DNA from: Tubulanus polymorphus
Lineage: Eukaryota > Animalia > Nemertea
Reading direction: 5' to 3'
Length of the DNA stretch: 64,000 nt
NCBI RefSeq assembly: GCF_964204645.1
Contig: NC_134036.1
Location: 6,677,304-6,741,303, forward strand
The notes beneath the pieces were generated by a model. It saw only the letters and a program-made list of their open reading frames with translations. It searched no databases and was not told where the DNA came from. Of the stretch, positions 9,801-23,613 are shown piece after piece. Positions within the stretch are counted from its first letter, which is position 1. Each line of letters starts with the position of its first letter. The position numbers and the translations under genes are program-made.

Positions 9801-12800
9801 CCGGGCCTTGATCAGCGTTACGACCCGGTGCTGTGAGGGAGGGAGGGAGGCAGTAGGTCGGTCGTCCATCCGTTCGTCAGTGTGCCGGCGGTGGTTGTTC
9901 GAAAAACGACTAAGTGCTGACCGGGCCTTGATCAGCGTTACGACCCGGAGCAGTGAGGGAGGGAGGGAGGCAGTAGGTCGGTCGTCCATCCGTTCGTCAG
10001 TGTGCCGGCGGTGGTTGTTCGAAAAACGACTAAGTGCTGACCGGGCCTTGATCAGCGTTACGACCCGGTGCAGTAAGGGAGGGAGGGAGGCACTAGGACA
10101 GTCGTCCGCCCGTAAGTCAGTGTGTCGGCGGTTGTTGTTCGAAAAACGACTAAGTGCTGACCGGGCCATGAACAGCGTTACGACCCGGCACCGGTCAGGA
10201 AGGGAGGGAGGATGGCAGTAGGTCGGTCGTCCGTCCGTTTGTCAGTGTGCCGGCAGTGATGGTTGTTCGAAAAATGACTAAGGGCTGACCGGGCCTTGAT
10301 CAGCGTTACGACCCGGCGCTTGTCAAGGGCGGGAGGGAGGGAGGGAGGCAGTAGGTCGGTCGTCCATCCGTTCGTCAGTGTGCCGGCGGTGGTAGTTCGA
10401 AAAACGACTAAGTGCTGACCGGGCCTAGATCAGCGTTACGACCCGGCGCAGTGAGGAAGGGAGGGAGGGAGGCTGTAGGTCGGTCGTCCATCCGTTCGTC
10501 AGTGTGCCGGCGGTGGTAGTTCGAAAAACGACTAAGTGCTGACCGGGCCTTGATCAGCGTTACGACCCGGAGCAGTGAGGGAGGGAGGGAGGCAGTAGGT
10601 CGGTCGTCCATCCGTTCGTCTGTGTGCCGGCGGTGGTAGTTCGAAAAACGACTAAGTGCTGACCGGGCCTTGATCAGCATTACGACCCGGTGCAGTGAGG
10701 GAGGGAGGGAGGGAGGCAGTAGGTCGGTCGTCCATCCGTTCGTCAGTGTGCCGGCGGTGGTAGTTCGAAAAACGACTAAGTGCTGACCGGGCCTTGATCA
10801 GCGTTACGACCCGGTGCAGTGAGGGAGGGAGGGAGGCAGTAGGTCGGTCGTCCGTCCGTTCGCCAGTGTGCCGGCGGTGGTTGTTCGAAAAACGACTAAG
10901 TGCTGACCGGGCCTTGATCAGCGTTACGACCCGGAGCAGTGAGGGAGGGAGGGAGGCAGTAAGTCGGTCGTCCGTCCGTTCGCCAGTGTGCCGGCGGTGG
11001 TTGTTCGATAAACGACTAAGTGCTGACCGGGCCTTGATCAGCGTTACGACCCGGTGCAGTGAGGGAGGGAGGGAGGCAGTAGGTCGGTCGTCCGTCCGTT
11101 CGTCAGTGTGCCGGCAGAGTTGGTTGTTCGAAAAACGACTAAGTGCTGACCGGGCCTTGATCAGCGTTACGACCCGGTGCAGTGAGGGAGGGAGGGAGGG
11201 AGGCAGTAGGTCGGTCGTCCATCCGTTCGTCAGTGTGCCGGCGGTGGTAGTTAAAAAAAAAGAACAAGTGCTGACCGGGCCTTGATCAGCGTTACGACCC
11301 GGTGCAGTGAGGGAGGGAGGGAGGGAGGCAGTAGGTCGGTCGTCCATCCGTTCGTCAGTGTGCCGGCGGTGGTAGTTCAAAAAACGACTAAGTGCTGACC
11401 GGGCCTTGATCAGCGTTACGACCCGGTGCAGTGAGGGAGGGAGGGAGGCAGTAGGTCGGTCGTCCGTCCGTTCGCCAGTGTGCCGCTGGTGGTTGTTCGA
11501 AAAACGACTAAGTGCTGACCGGGCCTTGATCAGCGTTACGACCCGGAGCAGTGAGGGAGGGAGGGAGGCAGTAGGTCGGTCGTCCGTCCGTTCGCCAGTT
11601 TACCGCTGGTGGTTGTTCGAAAAACGACTAAGTGCTGACCGGGCCTTGATCAGCGTTACGACCCGGTGCAGTGAGGGAGGGAGGGAGGCACTAGGACAGT
11701 CGTCCGCCCGTTAGTCAGTGTGTCGGCGGTTGTTGTTCGAAAAACGACTAAGTGCTGACCGGGCCTTGATCAGCGTTACGACCCGGCGCTGGTCAGGGCG
11801 GGAGGGAGGGAGGCAGTAGGTCGGTCGTCCGTCCGTTCGTCATTGTGCCGGCGGTGGTAGTTCGAAAAACGACTAAGTGCTGACCGGGCCTTGATCAGCG
11901 TTACGACCCGGTGCAGTGAGGGAGGGAGGGAGGCTGTAGGTCGGTCGTCCATCCGTTCGTCAGTGTGCCGGCGGTGGTAGTTCGAAAAACGACTAAGTGC
12001 TGACCGGGCCTTGATCAGCGTTACGACCCGGAGCATTGAGGGAGGGAGGGAGGCAGTAGGTCGGTCGTCCGTCCGTTTGTCAGTGTGCCGGCAGTGATGG
12101 TTGTTCGAAAAATGACTAAGGGCTGACCGGGCCTTGATCAGCGTTACGACCCGGCGCTGGTCAAGGGCGGGAGGGAGGGAGGCAGTAGGTCGGTCGTCCG
12201 TCCGTTCGTCAGTGTGCCGGCAGAGTTGGTTGTTCGAAAAACGACTAAGTGCTGACCGGGCCTTGATCAGCGTTACGACCCGGTGCTGTGAGGGAGGGAG
12301 GGAGGCAGTAGGTCGGTCGTCCATCCGTTCGTCAGTGTGCCGGCGGTGGTTGTTCGAAAACGACTAAGTGCTGACCGGGCCTTGATCAGCGTTACGACCC
12401 GGCGCAGTGAGGGAGGGAGGGAGGGAGGCAGTAGGTCGGTCGTCCATCCGTTCGTCAGTGTGCCGGCGGTGGTTGTTCGAAAAACGACTAAGTGCTGACC
12501 GGGCCTTGATCAGCGTTACGACCCGGTGCAGTGAGGGAGGGATGGAGGCACTAGGACAGTCGTCCGCCCATTAGTCAGTGTGTCGGCGGTTGTTGTTCGA
12601 AAAACGACTAAGTGCTGACCGGGCCATGAACAGCGTTACGACCCGGCACCGGTCAGGAAGGGAGGGAGGGTGGCAGTAGGTCGGTCGTCCGTTCGTTGGT
12701 CAGTGTGCCGGCGGTGGTAGTTCGAAAAACGACTAAGTGCTGACCGGGCCTTGATCAGCGTTACGACCCGGAGCAGTGTGGGAGGGAGGGGGACAGTAGG

Positions 12801-15800
12801 TCGGTCGTCCGTCCGTTCGTCAGTGTGCCGGCAGAGTTGGTTGTTCGAAAAACGACTAAGTGCTGACCGGGCCTTGATCAGCGTTACGACCCGGTGCTGT
12901 GAGGGAGGGAGGGAGGCAGTAGGTCGGTCGTCCATCCGTTCGTCAGTGTGCCGGCGGTGGTTGTTCGAAAAACGACTAAGTGCTGACCGGGCCTTGATCA
13001 GCGTTACGACCCGGTGCAGTGAGGGAGGGAGGGAGGCACTAGGACAGTCGTCCGCCCGTTAGTCAGTGTGTCGGCGGTTGTTGTTCGAAAAACGACTAAG
13101 TGCTGACCGGGCCATGAACAGCGTTACGACCCGGCACCGGTCAGGAAGGGAGGGAGGGTGGCAGTAGGTCGGTCGTCCGTTCGTTCGTCAGTGTGCCGGC
13201 GGTGGTTGTTCGAATAACGACTAAGTGCTGACCGGGCCTTGATCAGCGTTACGACCCGGCACCGGTCAGGGAGGGAGGGAGGGAGGCAGTAGGTCGGTCG
13301 TCCGTCCGTTCGTCATTGTGCCGGCGGTGGTAGTTCGAAAAACGACTAAGTGCTGACCGGGCCTTAATCAGCGTTACGACCCGGCACCGGTCAGGAAGGG
13401 AGGGAGGGTGGCAGTAGGTCGGTCGTCCGTTCGTTGGTCAGTGTGCCGGCGGTGGTAATTCGAACAACGACTAAGTGCTGACCGGGCCTTGATCAGCGTT
13501 ACGACCCGGAGCAGTGTGGGAGGGAGGGGGACAGTAGGTCGGTCGTCCGTCCGTTCGTCAGTGTGCCGGCAGAGTTGGTTGTTCGAAAAACGACTAATTG
13601 CTGACCGGGCCTTGATCAGCGTTAGGACCCGGTGCTGTGAGGGAGGGAGGGAGGCAGTAGGTCGGTCGACCATCCGTTCGTCAGTGTGCCGGCGGTGGTA
13701 GTTCGAAAAACGACTAAGTGCTGACCGGGCCTAGATCAGCGTTACGACTCGGTGCAGTGAGGGAGGGAGAGAGGCAGTAGGTCGGTCGTCCGTCCGGTCG
13801 TCAGTGTGCCGGCGGTGGTTGTTCGAAAAACGACTAAGTGCTGACCGGGCCTTGATCAGCGTTACGACCCGGTGCAGTGAGGGAGGGAGGGAGGCAGTAG
13901 GTCGGTCGTCCGTCCGTTCGTCAGTGTGCCGGCAGAGTTGGTTGTTCGAAAAACGACTAAGTGCTGACCGGGCCTTGATCAGCGTTACGACCCGGCACCG
14001 GTCAGGGAGGGAGGGAGGGTGGCAGTAGGTCGGTCGTCCGTTCGTTCGTCATTGTGCCGGCGGTGGTAGTTCGAAAAACGACTAAGTGCTGACCGGGCCT
14101 TGATCAGCGTTACGACCCGGAGCATTGAGGGAGGGAGGGAGGCAGTAGGTCGGTCGTCCGTCCGTTTGTCAGTGTGCCGGCAGTGATGGTTGTTCGAAAA
14201 ATGACTAAGGGCTGACCGGGCCTTGATCAGCGTTACGACCCGGCGCTGGTCAAGCGCGGGAGGGAGGGAGGCAGTAGGTCGGTCGTCCGTCCGTTCGTCA
14301 GTGTGCCGGCAGAGTTGGTTGTTCGAAAAACGACTAAGTGCTGACCGGGCCTTGATCAGCGTTACGACCCGGTGCTGTGAGGGAGGGAGGGAGGCAGTAG
14401 GTCGTTCGTCCATCCGTTCGTCAGTGTGCCGGCGGTGGTTGTTCGAAAAACGACTAAGTGCTGACCGGGCCTTGATCAGCGTTACGACCCGGCGCAGTGA
14501 GGGAGGGAGGGAGGGAGGCAGTAGGTCGGTCGTCCATCCGTTCGTCAGTGTGCCGGCGGTGGTTGTTCGAAAAACGACTAAGTGCTGACCGGGCCTTGAT
14601 CAGCGTTACGACCCGGTGCAGTGAGGGAGGGAGGGAGGCACTAGGACAGTCGTCCGCCCGTTAGTCAGTGTGTCGGCGGTTGTTGTTCGAAAAACGACTA
14701 AGTGCTGACCGGGCCATGAACAGCGTTACGACCCGGCACCGGTCAGGAAGGGAGGGAGGGTGGCAGTAGGTCGGTCGTCCGTCCGTTCGTCAGTGTGCCG
14801 GCGGTGGTTGTTCGAAAAACGACTAAGTGCTGACCGGGCCTTAATCAGCGTTACGACCCGGCACCGGTCAGGAAGGGAGGGAGGGTGGCAGTAGGTCGGT
14901 CGTCCGTTCGTTGGTCAGTGTGCCGGCGGTGGTAGTTCGAAAAACGACTAAGTGCTGACCGGGCCTTGATCAGCGTTACGACCCGGAGCAGTGTGGGAGG
15001 GGTGGGGACAGTAGGTCGGTCGTCCGTCCGTTCGTCAGTGTGCCGGCAGAGTTGGTTGTTCGAAAAACGACTAAGTGCTGACCGGGCCTTGATCAGCGTT
15101 ACGACCCGGTGCTGTGAGGGAGGGAGGGAGGCAGTAGGTCGGTCGTCCATCCGTTCGTAAGTGTGCCGGCGGTGGTTGTTCGAAAAACGACTAAATGCTG
15201 ACCGGGCCTTGATCAGCGTTACGACCCGGCGCAGTGAGGAAGGGAGGGAGGGAGGCAGTAGGTCGGTCGTCCATCCGTTCGTCAGTGTGCCGGCGGTGGT
15301 TGTTCGAAAAACGACTAAGTGCTGACCGGGCCTTGATCAGCGTTACGACCCGGCACCGGTATTGGAGGGAGGGAGGGAGGCACTAGGACAGTCGTCCGCC
15401 CGTTAGTCAGTGTGTCGGCGGTTGTTGTTCGAAAAACGACTAAGTGCTGACCGGGCCATGAACAGCGTTACGACCCGGCACCGGTCAGGAAGGGAGGGAG
15501 GGTGGCAGTAGGTCGGTCGTCCGTCCGTTCGTCAGTGTGCCGGCGGTGGTTGTTCGAAAAACGACTAAGTGCTGACCGGGCCTTGATCAGCGTTACGACC
15601 CGGTGCAGTGAGGGAGGGAGGGAGGCACTAGGACAGTCGTCCGCCCGTTAGTCAGTGTGTCGGCGGTTGTTGTTCGAAAAACGACTAAGTGCTGACCGGG
15701 CCATGAACAGCGTTACGACCCGGCACCGGTCAGGAAGGGAGGGAGGGTGGCAGTAGGTCGGTCGTCCGTCCGTTCGTCAGTGTGCCGGCGGTGGTTGTTC

Positions 15801-15832
15801 GAAAAACGACTAAGTGCTGACCGGGCCTTAAT

Positions 15833-16948
15833 CAGCGTTACGACCCGGCACCGGTCAGGAAGGGAGGGAGGGTGGCAGTAGGTCGGTCGTCCGTTCGTTG
15901 GTCAGTGTGCCGGCGCTGGTAGTTCGAAAAACGACTAAGTGCTGACCGGGCCTTGATCAGCGTTACGACCCGGAGCAGTGAGGGAGGGAGGGAGGCAGTA
16001 GGTCGGTCGTCCGTCCGTTCGCCAGTGTGCCGCTGGTGGTTGTTCGAAAAACGACTAAGTGCTGATCGGGCCTTGATCAGCGTTACGACCCGGTGCAGTG
16101 AGGGAGGGAGGGAGGCACTAGGACAGTCGTCCGCCCGTTAGTCAGTGTGTCGGCGGTTGTTGTTCGAAAAACGACTAAGTGCTGACCGGGCCATGAACAG
16201 CGTTACGACCCGGCACCGGTCAGGAAGGGAGGGAGGGTGGCAGTAGGTCGGTCGTCCGTTCGTTGGTCAGTGTGCCGGCGGTGGTAGTTCGAAAAACGAC
16301 TAAGTGCTGACCGGGCCTTGATCAGCGTTACGACCCGGTGCAGTGAGGGAGGGAGGGAGGCACTAGGACAGTCGTCCGCCCGTTAGTCAGTGTGTCGGCG
16401 GTTGTTGTTCGAAAAACGACTAAGTGCTGACCGGGCCATGAACAGCGTTACGACCCGGCACCGGTCAGGAAGGGAGGGAGGGTGGCAGTAGGTCGGTCGT
16501 CCGTTCGTTGGTCAGTGTGCCGGCGCTGGTAGTTCGAAAAACGACTAAGTGCTGACCGGGCCTTGATCAGCGTTACGACCCGGAGCAGTGAGGGAGGGAG
16601 GGAGGCAGTAGGTCGGTCGTCCGTCCGTTCGCCAGTGTGCCGCTGGTGGTTGTTCGAAAAACGACTAAGTGCTGATCGGGCCTTGATCAGCGTTACGACC
16701 CGGTGCAGTGAGGGAGGGAGGGAGGCACTAGGACAGTCGTCCGCCCGTTAGTCAGTGTGTCGGCGGTTGTTGTTCGAAAAACGACTAAGTGCTGACCGGG
16801 CCATGAACAGCGTTACGACCCGGCACCGGTCAGGAAGGGAGGGAGGGTGGCAGTAGGTCGGTCGTCCGTTCGTTGGTCAGTGTGCCGGCGGTGGTAGTTC
16901 GAAAAACGAATAAGTGCTGACCGGGCCTTGATCAGCGTTACGACCCGG
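15833..16948. repeat. Local duplication, offset 610 bp (5 monomers)
   Basis: Identical ORFs at 15953 and 16563. The rare variants GGCGCTGGTAG and CTGATCGGG both repeat at +610. Confidence 0.85.
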
Positions 16949-17889
16949 AGCAGTGTGGGAGGGAGGGGGACAGTAGGTCGGTCGTCCGTCCGTTCGTCAG
17001 TGTGCCGGCAGAGTTGGTTGTTCGAAAAACGACTAAGTGCTGACCGGGCCTTGATCAGCGTTACGACCCGGTGCTGTGAGGGAGGGAGGGAGGCAGTAGG
17101 TCGGTCGTCCATCCGTTCGTTAGTGTGCCGGCGGTGGTTGTTCGAAAAACGACTAAGTGCTGACCGGGCCTTGATCAGCGTTACGACCCGGTGCAGTGAG
17201 GGAGGGAGGGAGGCACTAGGACAGTCGTCCGCCCGTTAGTCAGTGTGTCGGCGGTTGTTGTTCGAAAAACGACTAAGTGCTGACCGGGCCATGAACAGCG
17301 TTACGACCCGGCACCGGTCAGGAAGGGAGGGAGGGTGGCAGTAGGTCGGTCGTCCGTCCGTTCGTCAGTGTGCCGGCAGTGGTTGTTCGAAAAACGACTA
17401 AGTGCTGACCGGGCCTTAATCAGCGTTACGACCCGGCACCGGTCAGGAAGGGAGGGAGGGTGGCAGTAGGTCGGTCGTCCGTTCGTTGGTCAGTGTGCCG
17501 GCGGTGGTAGTTCGAAAAACGACTAAGTGCTGACCGGGCCGTGATCAGCGTTACGACCCGGAGCAGTGTGGGAGGGAGGGGGACAGTAGGTCGGTCGTCC
17601 GTCCGTTCGTCAGTGTGCCGGCGGTGGTTGTTCGAAAAACGACTAAGTGCTGACCGGGCCATGATCAGCGTTACGACCCGGTGTAATGAGGGAGGGATGG
17701 AGGCACTAGGACAGTCGTCCGCCCGTTAGTCAGTGTGTCGGCGGTTGTTGTTCGAAAAACGACTAAGTGCTGACCGGGCCATGAACAGCGTTACGACCCG
17801 GCACCGGTCAGGAAGGGAGGGAGGGTGGCAGTAGGTCGGTCGTCCGTTCGTTCGTCAGTGTGCCGGCGGTGGTTGTTCGAATAACGACT

Positions 17890-20428
17890 AAGTGCTGACC
17901 GGGCCTTGATCAGCGTTACGACCCGGCACCGGTCAGGGAGGGAGGGAGGGAGGCAGTAGGTCGGTCGTCCGTCCGTTCGTCATTGTGCCGGCGGTGGTAG
18001 TTCGAAAAACGACTAAGTGCTGACCGGGCCTTGATCAGCGTTACGACCCGGTGCAGTGAGGGAGGGAGGGAGGCAGTAGGTCGGTCGTCCATCCGTTCGT
18101 CAGTGTGCCGGCGGTGGTAGTTCGAAAAACGACTAAGTGCTGACCGGGCCTTGATCAGCGTTACGACCCGGTGCAGTGAGGGAGGGAGGGAGGGAGGCAG
18201 TAGGTCGGTCGTCCATCCGTTCGTCAGTGTGCCGGCGGTGGTAGTTCGAAAAACGACTAAGTGCTGACCGGGCCTAGATCAGCGTTACGACTCGGTGCAG
18301 TGAGGGAGGGAGAGAGGCAGTAGGTCGGTCGTCCGTCCGGTCGTCAGTGTGCCGGCGGTGGTTGTTCGAAAAACGACTAAGTGCTGACCGGGCCTTGATC
18401 AGCGTTACGACCCGGTGCAGTGAGGGAGGGAGGGAGGCAGTAGGTCGGTCGTCCGTCCGTTCGTCAGTGTGCCGGCAGAGTTGGTTGTTCGAAAAACGAC
18501 TAAGTGCTGACCGGGCCTTGATCAGCGTTACGACCCGGTGCAGTGAGGGAGGGAGGGAGGCAGTAGGTCGGTCGTCCATCCGTTCGTCAGTGTGCCGGCG
18601 GTGGTAGTTCGAAAAACGACTAAGTGCTGACCGGGCCTTGATCAGCGTTACGACCCGGTGCAGTGAGGGAGGGAGGGAGGGAGGCAGTAGGTCGGTCGTC
18701 CATCCGTTCGTCAGTGTGCCGGCGGTGGTAGTTCAAAAAACGACTAAGTGCTGACCGGGCCTTGATCAGCGTTACGACCCGGTGCACTGAGGGAGGGAGG
18801 GAGGCAGTAGGTCGGTCGTCCGTCCGTTCGCCAGTGTGCCGCTGGTGGTTGTTCGAAAAACGACTAAGTGCTGACCGGGCCTTGATCAGCGTTACGACCC
18901 GGAGCAGTGAGGAAGGGAGGGAGGCAGTAGGTCGGTCGTCCGTCCGTTCGCCAGTGTACCGCTGGTGGTTGTTCGAAAAACGACTAAGTGCTGACCGGGC
19001 CTTGATCAACGTTACGACCCGGTGCAGTGAGGGAGGGAGGGAGGCACTAGGACAGTCGTCCGCCCGTTAGTCAGTGTGTCGGCGGTTGTTGTTCGAAAAA
19101 CGACTAAGTGCTGACCGGGCCATGAACAGCGTTACGACCCGGCACCGGTCAGGAAGGGAGGGAGGGTGGCAGTAGGTCGGTCGTCCGTTCGTTGGTCAGT
19201 GTGCCGGCGGTGGTAGTTCGAAAAACGACTAAGTGCTGACCGGGCCTTGATCAGCGTTACGACCCGGAGCAGTGTGGGAGGGAGGGGGACAGTAGGTCGG
19301 TCGTCCGTCCGTTCGTCAGTGTGTCGGCGGTTGTTGTTCGAAAAACGACTAAGTGCTGACCGGGCCATGAACAGCGTTACGACCCGGCACCGGTCAGGAA
19401 GGGAGGGAGGGTGGCAGTAGGTCGGTCGTCCGTCCGTTCGTCAGTGTGCCGGCGGTGGTTGTTCGAAAAACGACTAAGTGCTGACCGGGCCTTAATCAGC
19501 GTTACGACCCGGCACCGGTCAGGAAGGGAGGGAGGGTGGCAGTAGGTCGGTCGTCCGTTCGTTGGTCAGTGTGCCGGCGGTGGTAGTTCGAAAAACGACT
19601 AAGTGCTGACCGGGCCTTGATCAGCGTTACGACCCGGCACCGGTCAGGGAGGGAGGGAGGGAGGCAGTAGGTCGGTCGTCCGTCCGTTCGTCATTGTGCC
19701 GGCGGTGGTAGTTCGAAAAACGACTAAGTGCTGACCGGGCCTTGATCAGCGTTACGACCCGGTGCAGTGAGGGAGGGAGGGAGGCAGTAGGTCGGTCGTC
19801 CATCCGTTCGTCAGTGTGCCGGCGGTGGTAGTTCGAAAAACGACTAAGTGCTGACCGGGCCTTGATCAGCGTTACGACCCGGTGCAGTGAGGGAGGGAGG
19901 GAGGGAGGCAGTAGGTCGGTCGTCCATCCGTTCGTCAGTGTGCCGGCGGTGGTAGTTCGAAAAACGACTAAGTGCTGACCGGGCCTAGATCAGCGTTACG
20001 ACTCGGTGCAGTGAGGGAGGGAGAGAGGCAGTAGGTCGGTCGTCCGTCCGGTCGTCAGTGTGCCGGCGGTGGTTGTTCGAAAAACGACTAAGTGCTGACC
20101 GGGCCTTGATCAGCGTTACGACCCGGTGCAGTGAGGGAGGGAGGGAGGCAGTAGGTCGGTCGTCCGTCCGTTCGTCAGTGTGCCGGCAGAGTTGGTTGTT
20201 CGAAAAACGACTAAGTGCTGACCGGGCCTTGATCAGCGTTACGACCCGGTGCAGTGAGGGAGGGAGGGAGGCAGTAGGTCGGTCGTCCATCCGTTCGTCA
20301 GTGTGCCGGCGGTGGTAGTTCGAAAAACGACTAAGTGCTGACCGGGCCTTGATCAGCGTTACGACCCGGTGCAGTGAGGGAGGGAGGGAGGGAGGCAGTA
20401 GGTCGGTCGTCCATCCGTTCGTCAGTGT
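17890..20428. repeat. Local duplication, offset 1711 bp (14 monomers; shared block ~17890-18715 and ~19600-20428)
   Basis: Identical ORFs at 18274/19985 and 18347/20058. Confidence 0.8.
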
Positions 20429-23400
20429 GTCGGCGGTTGTTGTTCGAAAAACGACTAAGTGCTGACCGGGCCATGAACAGCGTTACGACCCGGCACCGGT
20501 CAGGAAGGGAGGGAGGGTGGCAGTAGGTCGGTCGTCCGTTCGTTGGTCAGTGTGCCGGCGGTGGTAGTTCGAAAAACGACTAAGTGCTGACCGGGCCTTG
20601 ATCAGCGTTACGACCCGGAGCAGTGTGGGAGGGAGGGGGACAGTAGGTCGGTCGTCCGTCCGTTTGTCAGTGTGCCGGCAGTGATGGTTGTTCGAAAAAT
20701 GACTAAGGGCTGACCGGGCCTTGATCAGCGTTACGACCCGGCGCTGGTCAAGGGCGGGAGGGAGGGAGGCAGTAGGTCGGTCGTCCATCCGTTCGTCAGT
20801 GTGCCGGCGGTGGTAGTTCAAAAAACGACTAAGTGCTGACCGGGCCTTGATCAGCGTTACGACCCGGTGCAGTGAGGGAGGGAGGGAGGCAGTAGGTCGG
20901 TCGTCCGTCCGTTCGCCAGTGTGCCGCTGGTGGTTGTTCGAAAAACGACTAAGTGCTGACCGGGCCTTGATCAGCGTTACGACCCGGAGCAGTGAGGGAG
21001 GGAGGGAGGCAGTAGGTCGGTCGTCCGTCCGTTCGCCAGTGTACCGCTGGTGGTTGTTCGAAAAACGACTAAGTGCTGACCGGGCCTTGATCAACGTTAC
21101 GACCCGGTGCAGTGAGGGAGGGCGGGAGGCACTAGGACAGTCGTCCGCCCGTTAGTCAGTGTGTCGGCGGTTGTTGTTCGAAAAACGACTAAGTGCTGAC
21201 CGGGCCATGAACAGCGTTACGAACCGGCACCGGTCAGGAAGGGAGGGAGGGTGGCAGTAGGTCGGTCGTCCGTTCGTTGGTCAGTGTGCCGGCGGTGGTA
21301 GTTCGAAAAACGACTAAGTGCTGACCGGGCCTTGATCAGCGTTACGACCCGGAGCAGTGTGGGAGGGAGGGGGACAGTAGGTCGGTCGTCCGTCCGTTCG
21401 TCAGTGTGCCGGCAGAGTTGGTTGTTCGAAAAACGACTAAGTGCTGACCGGGCCTTGATCAGCGTTACGACCCGGTGCTGTGAGGGAGGGAGGGAGGCAG
21501 TAGGTCGGTCGTCCATCCGTTCGTCAGTGTGCCGGCGGTGGTTGTTCGAAAAACGACTAAGTGCTGACCGGGCCTTGATCAGCGTTACGACCCGGCGCAG
21601 TGAGGAAGGGAGGGAGGGAGGCAGTAGGTCGGTCGTCCATCCGTTCGTCAGTGTGCCGGCGGTGGTAGTTCGAAAAACGACTAAGTGCTGACCGGGCCTT
21701 GATCAGCGTTACGACCCGGAGCAGTGAGGGAGGGAGGGAGGCAGTAGGTCGGTCGTCCGTCCGTTCGCCAGTGTACCGCTGGTGGTTGTTCGAAAAACGA
21801 CTAAGTGCTGACCGGGCCCTGATCAGCGTTACGACCCGGTGCAGTGAGGGAGGGAGGGAGGCACTAGGACAGTCGTCCGCCCGTTAGTCAGTGTGTCGGC
21901 GGTTGTTGTTCGAAAAACGACTAAGTGCTGACCGGGCCATGAACAGCGTTACGACCCGGCACCGGTCAGGAAGGGAGGGAGGGTGGCAGTAGGTCGGTCG
22001 TCCGTTCGTTGGTCAGTGTGCCGGCGGTGGTAGTTCGAAAAACGACTAAGTGCTGACCGGGCCTTGATCAGCGTTACGACCCGGTGCAGTGTGGGAGGGA
22101 GGGGGACAGTAGGTCGGTCGTCCGTCCGTTCGTCAGTGTGCCGGCAGAGTTGGTTGTTCGAAAAACGACTAAGTGCTGACCGGGCCTTGATCAGCGTTAC
22201 GACCCGGTGCTGTGAGGGAGGGAGGGAGGCAGTAGGTCGGTCGTCCATCCGTTCGTCAGTGTGCCGGCGGTGGTTGTTCGAAAAACGACTAAGTGCTGAC
22301 CGGGCCTTGATCAGCGTTACGACCCGGCGCAGTGAGGAAGGGAGGGAGGGAGGCAGTAGGTCGGTCGTCCATCCGTTCGTCAGTGTGCCGGCGGTGGTTG
22401 TTCGAAAAACGACTAAGTGCTGACCGGGCCTTGATCAGCGTTACGACCCGGTGCAGTAAGGGAGGGAGGGAGGCACTAGGACAGTCGTCCGCCCGTAAGT
22501 CAGTGTGTCGGCGGTTGTTGTTCGAAAAACGACTAAGTGCTGACCGGGCCATGAACAGCGTTACGACCCGGCACCGGTCAGGAAGGGAGGGAGGATGGCA
22601 GTAGGTCGGTCGTCCGTCCGTTTGTCAGTGTGCCGGCAGTGATGGTTGTTCGAAAAATGACTAAGGGCTGACCGGGCCTTGATCAGCGTTACGACCCGGC
22701 GCTGGTCAAGGGCGGGAGGGAGGGAGGCAGTAGGTCGGTCGTTCATCCGTTCGTCAGTGTGCCGGCGGTGGTAGTTCGAAAAACGACTAAGTGCTGACCG
22801 GGCCTAGATCAGCGTTACGACTCGGTGCAGTGAGGGAGGGAGAGAGGCAGTAGGTCGGTCGTCCGTCCGGTCGTCAGTGTGCCGGCGGTGGTTGTTCGAA
22901 AAACGACTAAGTGCTGACCGGGCCTTGATCAGCGTTACGACCCGGTGCAGTGAGGGAGGGAGGGAGGCAGTAGGTCGGTCGTCCATCCGTTCGTCTGTGT
23001 GCCGGCGGTGGTTGTTCGAAAAACGACTAAGTGCTGACCGGGCCTTGATCAGCGTTACGACCCGGCGCAGTGAGTAAGGGAGGGAGGGAGGCAGTAGGTC
23101 GGTCGTCCATCCGTTCGTCAGTGTGCCGGCGGTTGTTGTTCGAAAAACGACTAAGTGCTGACCGGGCCTTGATCAGCGTTACGACCCGGTGCAGTGAGGG
23201 AGGGAGGGAGGCACTAGGACAGTCATCCGCCCGTTAGTCAGTGTGTCGGCGGTTGTTGTTCGAAAAACGACTAAGTGCTGACCGGGCCATGAACAGCGTT
23301 ACGACCCGGCACCGGTCAGGAAGGGAGGGAGGGTGGCAGTAGGTCGGTCGTCCGTTCGTTGGTCAGTGTGCCGGCGGTGGTAGTTCGAAAAACGACTAAG

Positions 23401-23613
23401 TGCTGACCGGGCCTTGATCAGCGTTACGACCCGGAGCAGTGTGGGAGGGAGGGGGACAGTAGGTCGGTCGTCCGTCCGTTCGTCAGTGTGCCGGCGGTGG
23501 TTGTTCGAAAAACGACTAAGTGCTGACCGGGCCTTGATCAGCGTTACGACCCGGCACCGGTCAGGGAGGGAGGGAGGGAGGCAGTAGGTCGGTCGTCCGT
23601 CCGTTCGTCATTG

